From the NCBI GenBank assembly GCA_964035545.1, contig OZ037766.1, positions 22,246,767 to 22,310,766 of the forward strand: a stretch of DNA of 64,000 nucleotides. The letters run 5' to 3'. A program made the position numbers and the translations under genes. Source of the DNA: Bugula neritina (lineage: Eukaryota > Animalia > Bryozoa). Each line of letters opens with the position of its first letter. The stretch's first letter is position 1. Under the pieces are notes generated by a model. That model saw nothing but the letters and a program-made list of their open reading frames with translations, was not told the DNA's origin and ran no database searches. Of this stretch, positions 1-18,366 are shown piece by piece.

Positions 1-106
1 ATATTTTAAAAGTCGACCACAATGCAAACAAATTTCAATGCATTCAATAGACAGTTTAATAGGCTTCCCATAGCCCCCCCCCAGTCATGTAAATGGAATT
101 ACTTAC

Positions 107-3100
107 GGGTGGTAAATGCTGACAGAATACTTTTCCCATTTTATCACCATATTGGGCTGAGTGCCGTGGCCATGTAAGGTCAAGTCTAGATAAAAAGTCA
201 TCTCAGAGTCCTTTATTTCTTCTCTATTTCTTTTGTACCTTTGATTGACTTTTGCTTCTTTATTTTTTACTCGTTTGAGTATACAGGAAATCTATAAAAG
301 CATTGCCCAAATACACTAGTGTATGATGGTGTGTGGCCTCGTATATTTGACTAACTCCAGCAGTAATCTGCAACTAAAAACAAACGACAGCCAGCAGAAT
401 TACTAGCAACAGCAGCAGCAACAGCAGCAGGGGCCTACCTGATTCTCCTTCATTCTGTACATGCCTCTACACATTCCCTCAACCTGGGCCCCATGACTCC
501 TGAGTTGGGAGATAACAGTGATTGGGTCATATGAACTTGTCAACATAAAAACAACGCCATCCGGAAAGAACCTGAGATAACGATAGTACACGACTTTCAT
601 CCATGGAGGATAGTATCGCTCTAGAGTGGATTCCCCTTGCCTGAACAGCTCCACTTTATTCATATACACACCTGAGGGAATATTCAGTGTTTCATGGATA
701 TTGGTTAAAGAAAATATCCACACAATTTTTAACAATATGATACAAAACCTACAATTCTTAAGGTTGGTGCAGTAATGAAGAAGTTGGGAAAAGCCAATGT
801 TGTGGATAGAAAATGTAGGAAATAATGCTATGTTCTCTCAAGAACTTCAAAATTTGCTTCAAACTGAAGTCTATAAAGATAATTAATGAACACAGGCTAT
901 CGAGATATCTCCACTACTGCATTACTGCACCAATTCATGTCCCAAGAAGCAAAATCCAGCTTTTTTATATACTTTAATGAATACTTTATATGACTCTAAT
1001 TATTGTACTGGTGCCAGGGTTACAGTGAATAAAGTGTAACTTACCATGATAATATAAATGTGGCTTTTCTATAAATAGAGCTCGCCATGTTGAATATGGT
1101 TGGCACGATTGACAACCTGGGCCCCATGTTCTACAAGAAATACTTGGATTTGTAATACTGCAAATTTGCCAAAATACCATTATTATTATAGCTGCTATTG
1201 TAAACCTTTATTGCTTTGAATAAACATATTCCAGTATTGCCTTGACTAACAGATTATTAATAATAATGAAAAATTCTGAAAGTTTCATCCAAACATTCTT
1301 CAGCACCCTCAGAAACTCAAAAGTCCAAAAGTTCTTTTTGAGAATTTTAATGCTTCACATGCTTCTAAAATTCCCCAAAATCAGAAACATGAAACATGTA
1401 GCAGTTTTAAAGTAACTTGAGTCTGAATGTCAATAGCATTAAACTATAGTACGGAATTTTAGAGAGAGAGTAGCCTAAATTCAATTGAGCATTATTAGGA
1501 AGTAAATTATGCTTATTTTATAGCATCCACAAACAGCCAAGTCTAGAGTTTAACTTTATTTCAGGTTGAGAAAGAATAATTCTGTGTGTTGTGCTAAAAA
1601 AATTAGCATCAATCCCAAAGGAAAAGAATGAAATCAATAGCTACACACATTATGCTTGCATTGCATAATCAATACAATGTAGAAGACCAAAAGGTTATTC
1701 ATTTCCTGTTAAAAGTTTGATGAAACTTCACACAGATACAAATTCAAAACAGATAATAAGAGTATTTGTACTCAAACTAAAGTATATCTCATGATATGGA
1801 ATTGTCTTACCTAGTACAGATATGATGCCAAATGCATGGGTCTCTAGCTAAGACATAGAACCCTCTACACACCTACGTACAAAAAGTAATATCATTAAAT
1901 ATTCATCACAATATATAATAGAAGGGTGCAAACAAGTAACAAGTAACTAAGTTTTTACTTCAGAATTTGAAGATGAAATAAACCATTAATATTAGTTACA
2001 CTTCCTTGCTGAAACATAAACAGTTCAAGAATAAGTTCAATTTAGTTAACAGATTATTGCAAAGGTTGTTATATTATAGCATATATTATGACTACACCAT
2101 AATCTGTTGACAGATGACCCAAGAAATTAATGAGAATAAGCTAAACCATTAAGATTAATCACCAGCTCAAGTTTAATCTACAAGGTGAATGCTTCTAAAC
2201 TTTGAGCATTGACTCATTCCACCTGCAACTAGGCTTATGGTTTGTTTCTGATAGCAGTTTGGAGTATGCTTTAATATCTATAGAACTGGTAGTAAATTTT
2301 AGACCCTCAAAGTTAATGGCCAGCTTCAGCACAAATGCTGAATTAGGAGTACATTCATTACAAATTAAATTTTTGGGATTTAAATTTTTTGTGGGAATTT
2401 GGCCGATGAACATAATTGTTTTTACAGAACTTTAATCAGCTTATAAATAATATAAAATTCAATAGTCATTAACCTTATTAGCTTAAGTCCTGTCACATTA
2501 GAAAGAAATTTGAAAGTGAAATGATATGCAATGAAAAACTGCTGCTGGAGTTACCTTTTACACACAATACATTTCAAACCGAACTAACCCATTTCATCTG
2601 CGTGTGGCTTTATACTACCCAATGGTCTAAATATTTTTATTTCCAACTATACCTAATATTCAGTTTCACATGTAATTCTCAAAAACAAGATTATTAGAAA
2701 TACAAATACAAAACTAACTCAAGAAACGGAAGAACTTCAACAGTACTTGGCCAATTACATCACACCGGCAAGAATTTTTTTACAATTTTTTTTCAGCGCT
2801 TTTGCTATATGAAATTCTTTTAGGAACATTTCTATCTCGACTTGGTAACTTCTTTATGAAAAGTTCAGTTAAATCTAGCTGTTATGTATACTAAGGTAAA
2901 ACTTTCACCCAACCCAGTACAACAGGCAATAATTATGAGCCTATATAAGTTATAAGTTGTAAGTTTTTACTGAATATTAGCACATTGCTCCAGATACCAT
3001 GTAAATAGTAATACACACCTTAGCACACTGTTGTAGAAGTCAAGGAAATAGTAATACACATTTTAGCACACTGCTCTAGAACTCAAGGAAATAGTACTAT

Positions 3101-6100
3101 ACAGACCTTAGCACACCGCTCTAGAGATCATGTAAATAATACTACACACCTTAGCACACTGTTCTAGAGATCTTGCATCAACATCGGAGGAGACAACCCA
3201 TCTAAAGATGTAGGTCAGTATTTCACCGGGTAATGCTGATATATGCATCGACTGCCAGATAAGTAAACCAAATTAAATTAAGTAAAATATGTAAAAACAT
3301 GTAAGCAAGTCAAGGAAGTGTAATTTAAGTAAAAAAAATTCACACAAAGCTCGATGTACACCATAAATTATGGAATAACATGCCCTCACAGCAACTGCCC
3401 TCTACCAAGTGTAAAGTGAGCCCTTATCCATTGCACTATCAGATTCTATTCATTAAAGACAAAAAATGTGGCGCATTTTTTTCAAGTGTGGCTAAGAGAA
3501 GATAGGAAAGAGATATAAAAAATACATTTTTAATGGTACTTTGAATTATAGTAGAACTAAAAGCTGAATAACTTTTAAAATTATATGAATTGCTGATATA
3601 CTTTTTGGGGTTTTTCCATTGAGCAATAAAATGTCTTCAACTCATTACAGTTGGAGGAAAATAGTTGGTCAAATCTAGTGCACAGATCCGTGTCCTCATC
3701 TAGTTCTTCGCTTCTACAGAAACATAATAAAATACAGTGTTTGTAGACAGAATCCAATCCCTGCATTATGTAACCATTGAAGACAACCAATATCTAAAAA
3801 CACTCAATTCCAGTAGCTGAATGAGTAGGTCAGTAGGTAGTTGTTTATGCGTTGGTTGGTGTTGGTTATAGTTGGGGAAAAAACTGCTAATAAGAAGGTA
3901 CTTTAACTTCTACTAATAAAATAATAGGTTTCTTACGTTCTGTCTACTAGTTATCATACACTCGTGCTTTTTGCGGGGTCTGTGGCAAATAATCAACCTC
4001 ACAAAAGTCTATAGTTTATAAAAAAATAGTTTTCATGCCAAGTTATGCTTTATAATTACAGTATTAAAAATTGCTTCTTGTGATATAACTTGGAAGTCAA
4101 AGTTAAGAATTCCAGCTCTTCATTGTCCACAAATCATAATACTATACAGACAGATCTATCTGATCTCTTGGAAACATATAGAGACTAAAATCATGTACTG
4201 CGGGTAAGTTACTCACAGCTGAGCTGTAGTCCTGTCAGTCTCACTACTTTCTTGGACATTTGCTGTGAATATAAAACGCTGCTTTCAACAAGCAATGTAA
4301 GATAGATAGATGCACTAAAGCACATGTAGTTGTAAGTTATTTCTAATATTTGGGCATAAGTCCTTGTCTGTAATATTGGTAATAACTATAGATAGCAGCC
4401 AAAGACTTTTAGAGTGCAAAGTTTTGCCATAAAACAAAAATTTATCAAAATGCATCAAACATAATCACACTGTTTCTTATACAATTCAACAAACAAAAGA
4501 TAAACATGTACAATTTTTCAAGATATACTAAATCAGTTAAAATTTCGCTAAAAAACAACCCAATTAATCAAATGCTAGAGATCACAAGCTATGCAACATT
4601 TAATAATGTATAGTTGCAACATTGCAAACATTTATTGCTAGCCTGCACTTTAAAGTACAAATATAGCCAGTATTTTAAATATTATACAAGAAGTGACACA
4701 ATACGGTGCTTATAATACTAATATTAGAGTAAATACTATCTAGAACTACTAACCCATCTGAGCCATGCTTTGCCTGTATAAAGCTGTCATTTGAATATCA
4801 ATATCTGGTACTATCTTAGTAGCTTTTCTGTAATACTCCATAGCTGTAACAGAGTAGTAGTAAATATACTGGTACATGTTATGATAACTCCCTGTGACTT
4901 TGTTTACTGATAATCCAGTCACTCAGTTTTTCAGTAAACTGGGGTTACTTCACATGATAAAGTGTAATATGACATGGGATTTATACTATAGCATAATTAT
5001 GTAAATGTCTGCTCAGGTCTATAAAGCCTAAAGCACTTTAAACAAAAAAAACTATTTATAAAAATAGCATTAGAAGAATAGTTTCGCAGTGGTAAACAAA
5101 AGGAACACATACAAATTACTTTTAAAGTGCTAAGATATAAATGTTCAATGTAGTAACTATGATTTCAATACCTTCATATACAAGACCATTCTTCTCAGCC
5201 CAAACACCATTCATGAAAAGCTCCTTTGCTTTTTCATAGGGCGTTGATGACTTTGATGACCCTGGTTTCTGCACAGGACTGCTAGATCTCTATAAGACAA
5301 CACAATAAAATATTACTTTATTACTTATAAAATACTGAAGAAAATAAGCAAATTCTACAAGACAAGTTCGGGTTACTGGGCAATGCTGAAGTGGCACTTC
5401 AGCATTGCTCAGCAACCAAAACCACAAAAATGAGTTCAAGTTTATTTTGTTCAACAATTTTGATTTTGGGAGGGCACAATTCCTAATTTTAAGGGGGACG
5501 TTGGAAGACCCCTGAAAAGGGTCTATTCACTAGCAATGCTAAATCTTGCCCCAACAGAAAGAGCAAACACTATATTATATTAAATCTCATTTTATAATAT
5601 AGTATAATTGTAACACATTTCAACCTTATAAAACATTTCATCTAAGTGAACACAAACTTGAGTTGCTTGTTTTCCTAGTTAAAAACTGTTTCAATGTTTA
5701 ATAAGCTTTAAAAAAAACTATTTCAATTATTTCAATTTATATCAATGCTCGGAAAAAACATTCAAAATTCAAATCAGTTTAGTAAAACAAAAATATTAGT
5801 AACTAATAACAAGGCTAGAACTAGGCCAAGTCAAGTAAAAAAAATTTTCAAGCCAAGTAATGACTTGAGTAAATTTAGTCTATTCAAATCAATGAATTTA
5901 GTCAATTAGTAAATTTTGGATTGACATGCAAGTACTGTATCAAGTCACTATAATTAGAAAAAATTGTGGATAGTGATGTTAATTTAGTAGCTTGAATTAA
6001 AAAACAAAATTGCATTATCAAGTCTAACTATTTTTCAAATTATTCTTGATGTATCCAATGAAAAACACCAAAATTAAAAATAACAAATATATAATAACGG

Positions 6101-6822
6101 TTAAATAGCATCTAAATTTGCAGTTGTCAGCACTTTTGACTTTAGTTTGATCAAATTTCAAAACCTTGCAACAAGATAATTAGTTTTTTTAAACTCAGGT
6201 ACCGGTAATCAATGAGTTGAGGAAATGAAATCGAGCTAAGTCATCAATTTAAGCAAATCAACTGGTGTGAAGAAATGCCATGTTCTTTAGTAAACAATTA
6301 CTAGAGTTGACAGGACATGGATCCGGTACTGGCATTTAGTTTGGTGAAACTTAGTGAACTAATTTAAGTAAAATAAATCAGCCAATTCAAAACATACAGC
6401 ATTGTCAAATGGGCTAGGAACTCGACTCTGTAGCTCTGCATGCCATTCTTCCCTGAACTTGTCTAGCTGTGAGGGTTGACTTGACGACGGGTCTTCAACT
6501 TCATCTTCAGATTCACTCAACTATAAACAGTATTACATACACTCATATATCATACATTTTATTTCTACTCATAAATTATAAAATACTTAGAAAAACATGT
6601 AAAATATTATTCTATTATATTTCAAGACTGCATGATATCCTTGCAAGTCATTGTCAAATCATACTACAAGATGTAGAATCATATAAGTAGTAGGTAAATC
6701 AATTATTATTACATATACAGTAGTACCATTTCAAAAAGTGTTGAATACTTTTTGCTTCTTCTTCAATAATTTAATTTATGACTGTACCATGTCTTAGCTG
6801 ATAAATTACTTACCATGTCCAT
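107..6822 (-). CDS. FBXO9: F-box only protein 9, multi-exon, 3' end beyond window start
   Basis: Coding exons (-): 6814-6822 (MDM), 6398-6520 ([12 protein letters not shown]), 5172-5289 ([16 protein letters not shown]), 4754-4843 ([16 protein letters not shown]-like), 4217-4262, 3602-3713, 3150-3251 (F-box [29 protein letters not shown]), 1811-1872 ([15 protein letters not shown]), 1045-1130, 439-671 ([11 protein letters not shown]), 107-291. All introns GT-AG with matching phases; motifs match the FBXO9 family. Confidence 0.95.
405..430. repeat. (CAG/CAA)n microsatellite in an FBXO9 intron
   Basis: agcaacagcagcagcaacagcagcag just inside the intron after the donor at 438; it explains the poly-Cys tail of ORF 403..735. 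Confidence 0.8.
2977..3172. repeat. 43-45 bp tandem repeat (about 4.5 copies) containing the FBXO9 F-box exon 3' end and its donor
   Basis: Units start at 2977, 3020, 3063, 3108 and 3151 (ttagcacactg.tctaga...aatagtaatacacacc). Confidence 0.9.
5371..5417. repeat. Near-perfect 47-bp palindrome in an FBXO9 intron
   Basis: ggttactgggcaatgctgaagtg-g-cacttcagcattgctcagcaacc; 23-nt arms match at 21/23. Confidence 0.9.
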
Positions 6823-7699
6823 AGTAGCAGCTTGAGAATCAAATTGCCGAAACCTTCACTCAGTAGAGAACTGCAATGAAATGAGTAGAACAGTATAGAA
6901 CTTATTATTATTAGCAACTAGTCACTAGCATAAGTTTGACAACCTCAATTGAACTCCTGTGTGTGTATATACAGTGTAAAATGTAAATGAAGCATAGAGC
7001 TAGTACAGATATTACAGAGGCTTTTCACCTAAGGGCATTGTAAGCAATTGAACTTTGAAATGAAAGAAGGCAGTGACCCTTATTACATAATTATTGTCTA
7101 TATGCATCATTTAAAGATTCAAATTTTGCATGGTGCTTTATAAACCATTGTCACATATTATCTATTTAGTAATTTTGATAAAAGTATCTAAATATCTTAC
7201 TTGCAGTAAATTTAAAGTTAAGAATAACCCATGAAAAACTGTATTTTTCTAACTTGATCTAACGTAGATTTCTTATGTCATGTAAAACTGCTAGAATGTT
7301 AAATTCTAATAGTTAATATACAATCTCAATACATTAAAGATTTAAAAAAATAAGGATCAGTTGCCCAAGTCTCTTAATATAAATTGTTTGATTTCAATCA
7401 TTTTTAAAATTTGTTGAAAAGCTCCGAAGACAAAAACAAAACCTTTTGAAAAATGTGTAATAAAATAATTCAGTAATTGTTTTTACTGTTCTTATTTGCC
7501 TGGGCTCTAAACCCTTGTTACCTCTCCGCTAACTTATTCATGATAGCTATATTGATTTTATACCCAAAACTTTCATCACAACATCAACTGTTGACATGGC
7601 TAATCCAATAGAAAGGTGAAAGCTTTTGATATTTTACTCTTTCATAGAAAAGACTCTTTCCTGCACCTAAATGTTTTAAATTATATATGAACATCAGCA

Positions 7700-8510
7700 T
7701 AATTTCATTGATATATATCGAGTAACATTGTTAGTTATAGTAATAGTATTAGCAGTATTGTTAGTGCTTTTATAAGTGAGCCAGTAAGTTACTAAATGTA
7801 ATTGAAACTTTACATTTACACAGTAAAGTTTAATCAAACTGAAGCTGACTGTCACAGTGACTCTATTAAGTTTAACGGTGTCAACATCAACATGTTGTTG
7901 TTTATATGCCAAGTTGTAGTAATACTAATAATCATAAAGTTGGAACTTATAATGATAGTCATAATCATAATGATAATGAATATGCTGAGCTCAGTCTCAG
8001 TGTGAATATACGGATGATTGTCTTGTTGAAATTATTCCCAATCATAATGATAAAGAATATAGATACTGATACTAATACCCAATAAAATTTCAATATCAAT
8101 ATGATCATGATGATTTATTCACAAGGCCAAGCTGATTGGGCATCAATTTGCAGGGCACCTGTATTCAAAAGATTTTTCTATTCAAAACAAAATTAACATA
8201 TGTAAAAGTAAAACAGATTCATTACTCAGTAGTATTAGTATAAGTATTATTACTATTACTATTAACTATTAACTTTAAGCTTTAGTATTACTATTAGTAT
8301 TAGTATTAGCATTAGAAGCTTTTTTAATTAAATTTTATACAAAAAGTTATCTTCTACTCAACTTCTAGTTCTTGGCACTTGCACACTAACCACAGGTTAA
8401 CCTAAAGTTGATACTGAAAATAATTATACATTCGTGATTAGTCAGAACCTGAATAGTGAGAAAAACTATAATTAAATATTTAAACAATTTTTTTTAACTC
8501 TTACTCTCAA
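7700..8510. repeat. Degenerate 6-bp-periodic tract in the probable first intron of FBXO9
   Basis: Runs such as agtattactattagtattagtatt, gatagtcataatcataatgataat and actgtcacagtgact. Confidence 0.75.
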
Positions 8511-8515
8511 CTCAC

Positions 8516-8995
8516 CCAAGGCCAACACTCATTTGTGTTAGGAATCCTATCTTGCAGGTTCGAGTCTTGGAATTGAGCCCAAAACAATTAATGACGCTCA
8601 AATTGAGGGTTTATGACCTTTCAAGGGTGCGAATCACGAGAACTAGCACGAGTTGGGATCATAGCAGTGTTTTAAATAAGACTTCATGACCCGAACGCCT
8701 AAACCATTGCGCTCATTGACTACCACTGGTGTGCTGCTTCAAGCGATTTTCTCCCAGGTTTGTTTACAACGGATATAGCATAGAGTGAAACTACGAAAAG
8801 ACGTGTTAAGCTGCATGTACACAGGCTGATTATTGCGGCCGATGTTGTACTAGCCGATTTCTCTATGGCTGAAAAATCTAGACGACTTTTATGTCCCGCG
8901 TTATTTTTCTGCTTGCGCTTCATTGGCGGATAGCTCTCAATCTATATAACTTTCTTAGGTTTATGTGACATGGGTACAAACGCTCCCTGACCTGA
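8516..8995 (-). promoter_or_regulatory. Probable non-coding first exon and promoter of FBXO9
   Basis: Locally CpG-richer segment. A strong GTGAGT donor on the - strand at 8515-8510 can pair with the CAG acceptor at 6873-6871 ahead of the ATG exon. Confidence 0.5.
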
Positions 8996-9067
8996 AATAA
9001 TTTCAATAATGGTGTTGATCGTGCATTTTGATTGGCTGGCTCAACCGAATATGCAGCTTAAGTAAAA

Positions 9068-9229
9068 AATTGTTCTCTCAGCAGCTCCAAGTTGAGTGAC
9101 TGAGTGCAGTAGTTTGAAGCTCTCGAGCTCGGGACTGGAGGCTTCAAACTCAAACCTCAACTCCAAACGCGAGAACCCCAAATTACCGCACTCATTCACC
9201 CCCAACTTAGAGCTGCTTATAGGACAATT
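9068..9229. mobile_element. MITE-like hairpin element with ~50-bp imperfect inverted arms
   Basis: aattgttctctcagcagctccaagttgagtgactgagtgcagtagtttg (9068-9116) aligns with the reverse complement of 9179-9229 (aattgtcctataagcagctctaagttgggggtgaatgagtgcggtaatttg). Confidence 0.65.
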
Positions 9230-10118
9230 CGTGATTAGTGTGATGTGAAAATCGCTGAATGTAGCCTGTAAATAACTTGTTAATTATTTAATTTGCTATG
9301 TCATTGAGAATGGATTTTTTTAAGCAAATATTTTTGAACTTCTGGAGCTAATGCAAGCAATGTTATAGGTGTTGCAATAAATCAATCATTCGATTGCTTA
9401 CACTTACAGCACTCCAGACAAGAAAGCTTGCATCATTATTTGGTAGAAGCATCCACTTTGCAGTTAGACTTGCGGAATTTTAAATGCACACCAAGTTTTG
9501 CATTGTTTATTCAAGTGCAATGTACAATAGTTGAATTGGTCCCATCTTCTATTTCTTCATAAGGAAATAGCAGCTAACTTTCATTACACTGCAGGGCAGC
9601 TATGCATCTGTTCTTTCAACAAGTTGAAGACAAAATATCTCTACTAAATACGTATAAGTCAACAGAGACAACTTTTCCTTTTCTATTTAACCTTATTTTT
9701 GTAGCCAAGTGTAAACAGGTATGAAATAACCCATAGTGTTACCAATTATCACATTATCTAGCAACAGATGTATTAGAAACTTTGAACGTTTTGCTTGATA
9801 GTCATACCATAAACATCAGGAGCAACTAAAAGCATCACAACTATGTTACAGGTAGCATAAGTTTTATTAGCGAACATGGAATTATGTAACATATGAAGCA
9901 CTGTACAGAGTAAATTAGCTGACCATCATGGCAACAGATGACTACTAAGTAAAAGAACTAATAGCTGGAATAAAGATTTTTCAACAAGAAGTCTGTTGGA
10001 TCAAATCAGAATAAAATTGGATTGTGCATCTATATACTAACATGCCACTAGAAATCATACGTTTACAGTATAAGCTAATTGTTCATTAGTTGTGTAGTGG
10101 GCAATCTTCAGATTTCAT

Positions 10119-16454
<6,336 letters not shown>

Positions 16455-16800
16455 GATTGATGGCTAAGTAACCGCCACTAATAATTATATATTTATCAGA
16501 ATGTCCGGAAAAGTTACCCAAAAATTTTAATAAACTTTATAAATCAATGAAAAGAAAGTTTGCGTCGACACCGGTTTACGCAAACTGCGAGTTCGAGAAA
16601 TAAGAATACATAAAAACGGATGCGTTGATTTGTACCACATCTACAAGCCAAAGTTCTACCAAGCAAACGTACTTCATTTTAGCGCTAAAAGCCAGCGAGA
16701 AATTATGATTTTGCACCCAAACAAGTGAATATTCGACAACCAAGAGTCGCAGCTACGATAATATTATAACAAGTACACGTGTAGGCTGTAGCGCTAGCTA
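16455..16800 (-). promoter_or_regulatory. Probable RPN2 promoter and 5' UTR
   Basis: CpG-richer segment upstream of the ATG at 16454; ETS-like CCGGAA at 16505-16510. Confidence 0.45.
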
Positions 16801-18366
16801 GACTTCTAGTCCCAAGCGCTTTGGTATCAAATACAGGCAGCAGTGAGTATCTGCTTTGCGCACATAACCGTACTAGACTGTGTGCAGCAATGATGTTTTA
16901 AGATAATATCATTACCAAGCCTAGCGCAAAGAAAGATCAATACTTCTAGCTTTACAGAGGAAAATATTGCAACATGCTCTGGGTTAAGAAAGGATATTTA
17001 ACAAAAATTATCACATTTTGACATTCTAGTCAATATTTTAATTAGTTATCCCCTCCCATCATAAGCAGAGAACACAACTACTTGAACTGTGATTGTGTAT
17101 AATATTACTTGGAGAGGGCGCCGAAAAGATTAAATTGAATAAACCTTGCAACCAAGTAAAGTAAATAGTGCACACTAACCTAAATCAGTTTAAATAGCAA
17201 ATATATAAGTTGATTAATAATTCCTGCAGTCTGCAGCAGCCAGGCATACTACATTTCACTGAAGTTAAAGTATGTAACTAATAGCAGTAGATTACAAGTT
17301 TTGACTCCTATTATTATACTTCAATGACTAATAGTCTCTGAGCCACATAATGGCTCAATTTTTTTGTAAACATGCATTACACCAACAACTTACAAGTTCA
17401 AAACAAACATTTAAGGTTTTCATTATTCAACAATATTGATAATTAGTAACAATTGGTCAACAATATTGGAAAATTATATAAGTTAAATATCAGCACCATT
17501 ACCACAATAGAACAGGATATAAAAACCAAAAGAACAAATATAAAAAAAAACAAGTATATCAATAAAAATAAAAAATGTTTTGCTATTTTTTCAAAGTTTT
17601 TCTGTGATAATATACTACCAGGAATTATTGAAAATGAGTTATTTGAGTGCTAAAGTATTCAGAAAAATTAGCCTCAAATTTATACGATAACATATTACCT
17701 CAATTCATTGTTCTGTAAGAGAAAGTAACATATTGTAGACTCTAATGAAAGCTTGCATCTACATCTTAAAACTATTGCAAATAAAAGTCAAAATAAACTT
17801 GAACATGAGATTCTATGAAATGAGATTAAAATGTCGGAATGGCTGGTTTTATATCAAATAGAATAATAAATGCAATTACAGACTAGATAGGCATATATTA
17901 TATATAATTTAGAAAGCACTAACATAATTAATTACTAGCTCTTATCTTAGGTATTGCAAGATGTACGTTCATATGCAGAGAATTCAATTTAAATATAGAA
18001 CCAAATTAGCACCTGTTTCCACTTCAATTATAAAATATGCCAAACCTTGCTCTTACACCAGAAAGAAAGTCACACTAGATGGCACAGGTTTAAGACCTCT
18101 TAAATGACCTATTTCTTCCACCATCACTGGTCTGTGATACATAAACATGATGGGGGACATCTTCAGAAGACTTATTGCTCAGTTATCTACTGGAATATTG
18201 CCATGCTCACTTCCAATAAACTTCATAGTCAGTAACTTCATAGTCAGTAAGCAATGTTCACACTGAACAACACTGTTAGCTGAACTACTAGCATTGCTAA
18301 AGAAGACTTGTTGGCATGAAGCAGAAAGGTAGCTAGTCCTACAGGAACTCGCTATAGTGTAGCACA

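Noticed and set aside
403-438. Poly-cysteine C-terminus of ORF 403..735
   Set aside because: It lies past the GTAGGC donor and is an intronic microsatellite.
480-1128. Identical 16-mer caacctgggccccatg in two FBXO9 exons
   Set aside because: It is read in different frames with no flanking similarity, so most likely coincidence.
8556-8572. B-box-like GGTTCGAGTC suggesting a tRNA or SINE
   Set aside because: No A-box at the right spacing and no cloverleaf.
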